Source: Terriglobales bacterium (lineage in GTDB: Bacteria > Acidobacteriota > Terriglobia > Terriglobales > Acidobacteriaceae). From it: a DNA stretch of 24,000 nt. The DNA is taken from the NCBI GenBank assembly GCA_035606605.1, contig DATNEX010000152.1, forward strand, positions 1 through 24,000, written 5' to 3'. The first letter of the stretch is position 1. Every line of letters begins with the position of its first letter. The notes beneath the pieces are model-generated. The model had not been told where the DNA came from. It did not search any database and worked only from the letters and a program-made list of their open reading frames with translations. This document shows positions 1-6,223 of the stretch, one piece after another. Made by a program: the position numbers and the translations under genes.

Positions 1-1
1 G

Positions 2-307
2 CCCTATGTGTTGCCCATTTTGCGGCAGGCTCGGAAGGCAAATCCCGATTTGTTTCTGTTCTCTTCCCCTTGGACTCCTCCCGGATGGATGAAATCGAAC
101 AAGTCGATGCTTGGCGGCAACATGCAGCGCCACTACATGGCGTCGTATCGATCTCCTCTGAACGAGCAACTACGTGACTGCGGCGACCCGGAATTGGCCT
201 GTGTTCAGGCAGACCCTGTTGCTCCCAACGGGGCACTATCCGTATGCCACTGTCCAGATATTGAGCAATGGCCTTCCAGCCACTCAGGATCACGGTCCCC
301 ATTCTAG
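2..307 (+). pseudogene. GH30-like (glucosylceramidase-family glycoside hydrolase) gene fragment. The 5' end lies outside the window, and family-like sequence is lost after about nt 150.
   Basis: The frame is open from the window edge: PYVLPILRQARKANPDLFLFSSPWTPPGWMKSNKSMLGGNMQRHYMASY. It resembles the conserved GH30 stretch (human GBA ..ASPWTSPTWLKTNG..). After ~nt 150 the translation degenerates; the position expected to read (Q/E)NEP reads QADP. The frame stops at 305-307, several hundred codons short of a full GH30 enzyme, and no continuation is visible in any frame. Confidence 0.4.
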
Positions 308-725
308 CCTGAAAAGCGCTAAGGTACGCCACATTTGGCCAACAAGGGATCCCGCCTACATCTCAACCCTGTCATGCCGAACGAACGCATTCGCAACACG
401 CGCCTTAGGCGAGCATGGTGAAGGATTACTAACGCCTATACTATGCGGTGAACGCGAACGTACTCGACTGGCGGAGCTCCGCTAAGTTATGAGCATTACG
501 CATCTTTATGACTTTCGGGGAGTAGTCGCGGAAGCAGATTTTTCTGGCTCTGCGGAAGTCTGATCCACCTCAATGGTCATTTCAACTGGAGTACGCGGTT
601 TGAGTTGTACTTTCTTTCCTGACTCGTCTGTCAGCTTGTTTTCAATTCTTATTTCTTTGCAGAGATCGTCCGCTTCATCGATCGAATTTTGGGCCTTCTC
701 CGGTTTGCTTGGGTAGGAGATGGTA

Positions 726-1004
726 TCACTTTCTCCACAGTGCCGGGGAGGGTAACGCAGGGCTTCCTTCCTCTTGCATGAGGTCAAACTCATCGGCGCT
801 ATAGCAAAAATCGCCACCTCGCGGACGAATCATTACGAAGAGACTCAAAGAGAGTTTACGGCGCACCGCCGAGATCAATCCTGAGCTGGGGGTGACTCCA
901 CCTTCCGTGAGGCCACTGCACAGTTCGACGCGATGGGCTCCACCCCGTTCGGCAGCGAGGGCCGATTCGGGTGTGTCTACGCAGATTTCTAAGGTCACTT
1001 CCAT
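726..1004 (-). pseudogene. cutC: Truncated copper-homeostasis protein CutC homolog; only the N-terminal ~78 aa are CutC-like.
   Basis: [79 protein letters not shown] is collinear with E. coli CutC residues 1 to ~80 (..[33 protein letters not shown]..). Similarity ends near nt 770 and the frame stops at 726. Full-length CutC is about 240-250 aa. The ATG at 1002-1004 is preferred over the TTG at 1010. Confidence 0.6.
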
Positions 1005-1016
1005 CCGCAATCTAGG

Positions 1017-3551
1017 CTACTTAAGGCCGAGATTCAGTTGTTCGCTTAGGTAGCTCAACAGCGTAGCCGAATCATCAATGGCGAGTAATTGTTTACGAAA
1101 GTCATCCGTCATGAGCTTGCGAGCAAGCACGGAGAAAACCTGCATGTGATTGCCACCGTTCTGCGTCGCTCGCGCGGCCATCCCGATCACCATGCGTACG
1201 CCCAGAGCATCGACCGCTCCCCAGTCAATGGGCTGCGTGAACTTGAGCACGATAATTGAGCTCGCATTTATGGCATCCGTTTTGCAGTGCGGCGTAGCAA
1301 AGCCAAAACCGAGACCGGTCGAGTAGACCAATTCCCTTGACCATAATGCCTCTTCCAATTTTTCCGGATCCGATGTTCTTCCAGCGTTGCGCAGGAGATC
1401 GATGAATTCCTGCATCGCCTCTTCTTTGTTATTACTGTCGCTGTCTAAAATCATTAGTTCTTCACTCAAAAGTGGATGCGAAGAACACGTTTGCTCGGCG
1501 GACGCGAGCAGATGATTGATATCTGCGTCACTCGACAAAAGCATTTCATCGACCAGCGACCGGCAAGCGGAGGCAGAGTATGTTCGGACGATGCTTTTGA
1601 TTTTTGGGATGTTTACAACGGGCAAACTGATTTCATCGAGACCTAAGCCAAGAAACAGGGGCAAATACTTGGCGTCTGACGCCATGTCGCCGCAGATCCC
1701 AACCCATTTATCTGCTGCCCCGACTTCATCGATAATGCGCTTTAGCAAACGGATGAAGCTGGGACTCGACTGATTAGAAAGTTTGCTAACGTTGGGATTC
1801 CCACGATCCGCAGCAAAAAAGTATTGAGCCAGATCATTGGTGCCAACGCTGAAGAAATCTACCTCGTTACGAAGCTGATAGAGACTGAATGCCGCTGCGG
1901 GTACTTCGAGCATGATGCCGATGGGAATGTCTTCTCGGAAGACAGTATTCTGAGATCGGAGGTCCTCTTTTGCAGCCTTCAGTTGCTGTTTGAAAGCGAG
2001 GACCTCTTCCAGACAGGAGACCATGGGAATCAGTATGTGAACATCGCCAAACACCGAGGCACGAAGAATTGCCCGAAGCTGAACCTGCAAGAGATCCCGC
2101 TGCGTAGCATAGAGCCGTACCCCTCGCAATCCGAGAAATGGATTTTCCTCAGGGGCAAGCCCGAGATAGGGTACAGCCTTGTCGCCGCCCAGATCGAAAG
2201 TGCGAATGATGACAGGCTTTCCGCTCGCGGCTTTGAGTACTTGCTCGTAAACGGCGACTTGCTCCTTTTCAGAAGGCGGCCGTGCTTCCATGAAGAGCAT
2301 TTCTGTTCGAAAAAGGCCGATCCCATCCGCTCCATTTCCAAATGCCAAAACGGCTTCATCCTGTGCCGACGCATTCGCTCCCACGTCCAGATTGATTCCG
2401 TCCCTTGTTATGGCGGGCGAACTCGCACTGGCTTTCAAGATTTCTGTTTGACGCGACAATGTTCTTACTTCACGCGCGTAAAACCTCTCCACCGCTGGTA
2501 GCAATTCCGGAAACAACAATCCGCGATTTGCATCCACCACAATTGCCTGCCCCGTCGAAAGCAGGGACTTTGTGTGCTTAACTCCGACAACAGCCGGAAC
2601 GCCATACGAGCGGGCCAGAATAAGCGCATGGGAATTAGCGCCGGCATACTCCAGCACGATGCCTTTGAGAAAGTGGCGATCAAGCCTAAGGAACTGCCGC
2701 GGCGCGAGAGTGTCAGCCACGACAACTGAGGGCTCATGAAGAGTGATTACGGTCTTAGGCAGGTCTTTACCACAGATCTCGCTTAGGAGGTGTGCTGCAA
2801 TCTCCTCAACGTCTGCTGCACGTTCCCGAATGTACTCACTATCAGAATGACGCAACAGATCTGCAAAAAACTTTCCAGTTTCGAGTACTGCCTGAGCGGC
2901 AGATTTGTCGTTGTTTACTTGATGCGCAAGCCTTTCTGCGAAAAGAACGTCGTCCAAGAGGGCAAGCTCTGCCTGAAGTACGTCTCTGGTTTGCGAGCCG
3001 GAGCGGGTCAATTCCTCACGAATGTTGTCACGTACGTTCCTAAGTGCGCGCTTGAGGCGTTGCAGTTCTTCCTTTGGATCAGTTGCATCGTGTGAAATCG
3101 CGGCATGCGAGAGTGAAACCGAGTTAAGAAACACCACCTTACCACGTCCCACTCCGGGACTTACGGCAGAACCCGAGTAACATGCAACGCCCACCTGTTG
3201 CAGAATCCGCGGAAGAGAAAACGGCTTAGTGGACGGGCTCTTCGCAAGTGGCACATCACACGTCGGCAGAACGTGCTTAGTAAAGTCGCGAAGAGAAGTA
3301 TAGCCAAACTGTTCGTCTGCCCCATTTATCTGAACAAGGCAATTGTCGCCTTGGCGGATATCCAACGAGATGATCGAAAGAACGCTCTTGGCGTTCCCTT
3401 CGTTGTTGTTTCGCAAATTCGTGAGTGTGCATTCCGAGACAAAGCTGTTCGCGAGCGTAGCGAAATGGCTTGCTGGACGCGCATGCATGCCCGCCAACAA
3501 AGGACAAGTGAACACAAACTGCAGCGACGTGCTGCTGAGGTTTGGCGACAT
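1017..3551 (-). CDS. PTS multiphosphoryl transfer protein, a fused HPr - enzyme I - EIIA(Fru/Mtl type 2). The domain order is FryA/PtsA-like.
   Basis: 844-aa ORF. aa 1 to ~95 are HPr-like (CPLLAGMHARPAS; His23 codon at 3483-3485). aa ~125-690 are enzyme I (GANSHALILARSYGVPAVVG with His308 codon at 2628-2630; GLFRTEMLFM; IIRTFDLGGDK; LGLRGVRL; IMLEVPAAA; FFSVGTNDLAQY; ICGDMASD). aa ~696-844 are EIIA type 2 (GLGFGFATPHCKT; His755 codon at 1287-1289). The ATG at 3549-3551 lies 1 nt after the IIB stop. Confidence 0.9.
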   Translation of the reverse strand: MSPNLSSTSLQFVFTCPLLAGMHARPASHFATLANSFVSECTLTNLRNNNEGNAKSVLSIISLDIRQGDNCLVQINGADEQFGYTSLRDFTKHVLPTCDVPLAKSPSTKPFSLPRILQQVGVACYSGSAVSPGVGRGKVVFLNSVSLSHAAISHDATDPKEELQRLKRALRNVRDNIREELTRSGSQTRDVLQAELALLDDVLFAERLAHQVNNDKSAAQAVLETGKFFADLLRHSDSEYIRERAADVEEIAAHLLSEICGKDLPKTVITLHEPSVVVADTLAPRQFLRLDRHFLKGIVLEYAGANSHALILARSYGVPAVVGVKHTKSLLSTGQAIVVDANRGLLFPELLPAVERFYAREVRTLSRQTEILKASASSPAITRDGINLDVGANASAQDEAVLAFGNGADGIGLFRTEMLFMEARPPSEKEQVAVYEQVLKAASGKPVIIRTFDLGGDKAVPYLGLAPEENPFLGLRGVRLYATQRDLLQVQLRAILRASVFGDVHILIPMVSCLEEVLAFKQQLKAAKEDLRSQNTVFREDIPIGIMLEVPAAAFSLYQLRNEVDFFSVGTNDLAQYFFAADRGNPNVSKLSNQSSPSFIRLLKRIIDEVGAADKWVGICGDMASDAKYLPLFLGLGLDEISLPVVNIPKIKSIVRTYSASACRSLVDEMLLSSDADINHLLASAEQTCSSHPLLSEELMILDSDSNNKEEAMQEFIDLLRNAGRTSDPEKLEEALWSRELVYSTGLGFGFATPHCKTDAINASSIIVLKFTQPIDWGAVDALGVRMVIGMAARATQNGGNHMQVFSVLARKLMTDDFRKQLLAIDDSATLLSYLSEQLNLGLK

Positions 3552-3552
3552 G

Positions 3553-3852
3553 TCAGTGTTGAATCTTTCTGAAGATGCCTTCCGGGTTTTTTAATGCCTC
3601 CTGCAGAGGCACCTGAATAATGTTGACGCCATTGAATCGCTCGCGCCCCTCGATTTCGATATCAATGGCGAAAATTGCGACTTTGGCCTGGCGAATGTCC
3701 GTGTCTGTGAGCTTGTTTTCGATACCCATTGCTCCCTGAGTCTCGACCTTGATCTCGTGACCGAAATTCTTCGCCACGGCTTCCAACCTTGCAGCAGCCA
3801 TGTAAGTGTGGGCGATGCCTGTTGGGCAGGCAGTCACGGCGATGATCTTCAT
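3553..3852 (-). CDS. PTS fructose-family IIB component (stand-alone, 99 aa).
   Basis: MKIIAVTACPTGIAHTYMAAARLEAVAKNFGHEIKVETQG.. matches the Fru-type IIB signature with the phospho-Cys in ACPTGIAHT. The ATG (3850-3852) overlaps the IIC stop (3849-3851) as ATGA. The longer ORF start at 3912 would lie inside IIC and adds no IIB-like sequence. Confidence 0.85.
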   Translation of the reverse strand: MKIIAVTACPTGIAHTYMAAARLEAVAKNFGHEIKVETQGAMGIENKLTDTDIRQAKVAIFAIDIEIEGRERFNGVNIIQVPLQEALKNPEGIFRKIQH

Positions 3853-4937
3853 ACGGTCTCCTGGAGCTCCTGGCGGACTCCAATATTTCTGGATTTTAGG
3901 AGGTTGATGCACACGGCAGTCAGGACTGTTCCGGTGAGTATCGCGAGCAAATACGGAATGCGGTGATTGACCCCGAATAAAACAATCGGACCTCCATGAG
4001 GAGCGGGATCCCCGACTTGGTAAAGCATGGCGATGACCGCGGCAACCATGGAACCGAACATAATGCTGGGAATAACGCGCACCGGATCCGATGCTGCAAA
4101 TGGTATTGCGCCCTCAGTGATTCCAATGAGTCCCATCGCGATCGCGGCGGACCCTGCTTCGCGTTCCTCTGTACTCCAGAGTTTCTTCCTAATCAATGTA
4201 GCCAGCCCCATACCTAGCGGAGGAGTGCAGATGGCCGCCGCACAAGCGCCCATTATTTGATAATTTCCCTGACTGATCATGGCGGCGCCAAAGAAAAATG
4301 CGGTCTTGTTGACCGGACCACCCATATCAAAGGCGATCATTGCGCCGAGTGTCAGCGCCAGTAGAATGCTGTTGCCCGTACTCATGTGCAGTAAGAAAGC
4401 CGTCGCGTGCTGCATCACCGAAGCGATGGGCGGTCCAAGAACTTTGATCATGAGCACACCGACCAGGGCTCCCGAAACAATGGGAATGACGAGAATGGGC
4501 ATGATTGGGCGAACATATTTTGAAACAGGCACTTTCTTTAGACCTTCGACCAGATAACCGGCGAGAAGCCCCATTAATATTGCCCCCAGAAATCCCGCCA
4601 CTATGTCTTTCGTTCCTGGGACAGGGATTGGTACGCCCGATAAATAACCGCCGATGAAGCCGGGAACAAGTCCCGGTTTGCCAGCAATCGAATACGAGAT
4701 GTAGCCGGCAAGAACGGGCAGCATAAGAGTGAACGCAGCTTTGCCGATATCAAGCATTAATTTCAGAGTTGGCGCCTGGGAGAAATCGGGACCCTTTGAG
4801 GTCATTGCCGAGGGATCGGTAAGTTGAAGCAACCCAATCGCAAGCGCGATCAATATTCCGCCGCATGCGATGAATGGGATCGCAAATGAAACCCCTGTTA
4901 GCAAATGCTGACGCACGTTATATAGCGGCTTTGTCAT
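3849..4937 (-). CDS. PTS fructose-family IIC membrane component.
   Basis: 362-aa polytopic hydrophobic protein. The N-terminus (LLTGVSFAIPFIACGGILIALA) and later motifs (FDMGGPVNKTAFFFG, GITEGAIPFA) are typical of FruA-type IIC domains. ATG at 4935-4937. Confidence 0.9.
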   Translation of the reverse strand: MTKPLYNVRQHLLTGVSFAIPFIACGGILIALAIGLLQLTDPSAMTSKGPDFSQAPTLKLMLDIGKAAFTLMLPVLAGYISYSIAGKPGLVPGFIGGYLSGVPIPVPGTKDIVAGFLGAILMGLLAGYLVEGLKKVPVSKYVRPIMPILVIPIVSGALVGVLMIKVLGPPIASVMQHATAFLLHMSTGNSILLALTLGAMIAFDMGGPVNKTAFFFGAAMISQGNYQIMGACAAAICTPPLGMGLATLIRKKLWSTEEREAGSAAIAMGLIGITEGAIPFAASDPVRVIPSIMFGSMVAAVIAMLYQVGDPAPHGGPIVLFGVNHRIPYLLAILTGTVLTAVCINLLKSRNIGVRQELQETV

Positions 4938-5020
4938 TCGTTATGTGGCGATGACATATCGGGCATGCCTGCAATTCTCTACATTGTCCTCATGGCCGGT
5001 TTCTTAGTATGTGTGAATAG

Positions 5021-5040
5021 TCCTATTGTCGAAAATAGGA
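5021..5040. promoter_or_regulatory. Perfect inverted repeat TCCTATT-N6-AATAGGA between the AraC stop and the PTS operon; candidate operator or weak terminator hairpin.
   Basis: Read directly: 5021-5027 tcctatt, 5028-5033 gtcgaa, 5034-5040 aatagga. It lies 84-103 nt upstream of the IIC ATG on the minus strand. No T-tract follows on either strand. Confidence 0.3.
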
Positions 5041-5061
5041 TAAATAACACGTTTGTTGCAT

Positions 5062-6039
5062 TTAGGTAACCTTTTCGTGCGAAAGAGCGGCCGCGTTCTC
5101 GCCGTCCGTAGCGATGATCGAGAGTCGAAGCGTGCTAATTTTTGTCTTTGGCTTGTTTGCCAAACTGCGCGTGCGATATTCGGTCGGCGTCACCTTGGAG
5201 ATTTTCTTAAAAACACGACAGAAGTATGCCGTATCAGTGTAGCAACAATTGGCGGCGATCTCCTTCAATGTCATGCTGTAGTTCTGAAGCATGAACTTTG
5301 CCCGGTTCACGCGGACGAGGTTGAGATAATCGTTGAAACGCATCAACCCTTCTTTGCGGAAAAGTCGAGATACATGATTAGGGGCCAGGCCGAAATGTTC
5401 CGCCACACTCTCCCGCGTCATTGGGTTCTGTAAATTCTCTTGTAGATAGAGACAGATGGATTCGTAAGTACGGATAGCCTTGCGCAGCTTTCGATGCTGC
5501 GGCGCCTTGAGCAGTCGTAAACAAGCATGTAGCAAGGACTCGGTCAACAACCGGGCCAAAGGGCCTTCCGAGCGATCGGCCGCCAAAACCATAAGTGCGG
5601 CGAGAATGCCGTGCGTGGGAACGTCGTAGCCGCCATGCACGCTGGCCTTCAGACCCGCAGTGGGCATTTGCGTGCCCCCTTTGTGCCGAACCAAACTGAC
5701 TCCAATCTGTTTCACACCAAAAAGAATAGTGAGTACATCAATTCTTTCCACCCAGTCCGGCTTGTTCCAGGCGTGATCCGGAACAAAAACTGCGTGCCCG
5801 CGTACAGGCCGAATCGTTTTTGTACTGCCATTTTGCGAGATTTCCATCGTGTGACAACCCGAAAGCGGAATAGAGAGACGCGGGAAGTTGGTGACGTACG
5901 CCAGCGCCGGAGGCACAGTCGTTCCGTCGCTGAAATGTACGTGACGAACGCGGCTCTCGCGCAGAAAAGCTTCGAGCTCGTGGATCACAATCTGGTTTGC
6001 GGAGAGTCGTGCACCTCGCGAAGCAACAGTTCGTTTCAC
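5062..6039 (-). CDS. AraC/XylS-family transcriptional regulator.
   Basis: The C-terminal double-HTH region is typical of the family (..MTRESVAEHFGLAPNHVSRLFRKEG..MTLKEIAANCCYTDTAYFCRVFKKISKVTPTEYR). It follows an N-terminal ~180-aa putative ligand-binding domain. The start is uncertain: GTG at 6037-6039, or an in-frame GTG about 17 codons downstream. Confidence 0.85.
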   Translation of the reverse strand: MKRTVASRGARLSANQIVIHELEAFLRESRVRHVHFSDGTTVPPALAYVTNFPRLSIPLSGCHTMEISQNGSTKTIRPVRGHAVFVPDHAWNKPDWVERIDVLTILFGVKQIGVSLVRHKGGTQMPTAGLKASVHGGYDVPTHGILAALMVLAADRSEGPLARLLTESLLHACLRLLKAPQHRKLRKAIRTYESICLYLQENLQNPMTRESVAEHFGLAPNHVSRLFRKEGLMRFNDYLNLVRVNRAKFMLQNYSMTLKEIAANCCYTDTAYFCRVFKKISKVTPTEYRTRSLANKPKTKISTLRLSIIATDGENAAALSHEKVT

Positions 6040-6040
6040 A

Positions 6041-6073
6041 GAACGTTACATTAGTACAAACAATGTTTACTGT
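6041..6073 (+). promoter_or_regulatory. Copy 1 of a conserved 33-nt upstream element (GAACGTTACATTAGTACAAACAATGTTTACTGT).
   Basis: Ungapped 29/33 identity with 17579-17611 on the same strand. It sits in the divergent AraC/TBDR intergenic region, directly abutting the predicted AraC start. Confidence 0.5.
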
Positions 6074-6089
6074 CCACTAGCAGTTTTCG

Positions 6090-6118
6090 TTGACTGTCGC
6101 ATCGATTTCCCACATACT
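6090..6118 (+). promoter_or_regulatory. Candidate sigma70-like promoter for the TBDR gene (TTGACT-N17-CATACT).
   Basis: TTGACT at 6090-6095, a 17-nt spacer, then CATACT at 6113-6118, about 105 nt upstream of the TBDR ATG. This is pattern matching only; promoter consensus in this phylum is poorly defined. Confidence 0.3.
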
Positions 6119-6223
6119 CCGTGACCGGCGCTATATATCGGTGCGCTCTGCAAGGTCACTGGCCATCGTGAAAGCGCGTTTTTCGTGGCTGAACTCGCTG
6201 TTCAAGTTGTCAAGGAGCTGGAG

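Noticed and set aside
471-482. A perfect 12-bp palindrome GCGGAGCTCCGC, considered as a possible terminator for the GH30 fragment.
   Set aside because: There is no loop beyond 4 nt with a 4-bp stem, and no T-tract follows. It is too small to call a terminator or operator without further evidence.
174-485. ORF 174-485(+), 103 aa.
   Set aside because: I recognise no family signature in it. It overlaps the decayed tail of the GH30-like frame and is most simply non-coding or residual out-of-frame sequence within the scar region.
790-817. The N-terminus of ORF 506-817 ([10 protein letters not shown]) resembles the VAIFAIDIEI motif of the PTS IIB protein.
   Set aside because: This stretch is simply the out-of-frame reading of the DNA encoding the conserved CutC motif [10 protein letters not shown] (ggtggcgatttttgctatagc). 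The resemblance is coincidental and was not used as support for the IIB-like relic.
3269-3285. A partial match to the start of the 33-nt element (gaacgtgcttagtaaag versus gaacgtgactttagtacaaa) inside the PTS fusion gene.
   Set aside because: It needs three 1-nt gaps, covers only the first half of the element, lies within the HPr-domain coding sequence on the antisense strand, and lacks the downstream blocks. I treated it as chance.
3853-3912. The upstream extension of the IIB ORF (119-aa version starting at 3912).
   Set aside because: The extra 20 codons overlap the 3' end of IIC and add no IIB-like sequence. The internal ATG gives the canonical MKIIAVTACPTG N-terminus and an ATGA coupling overlap.
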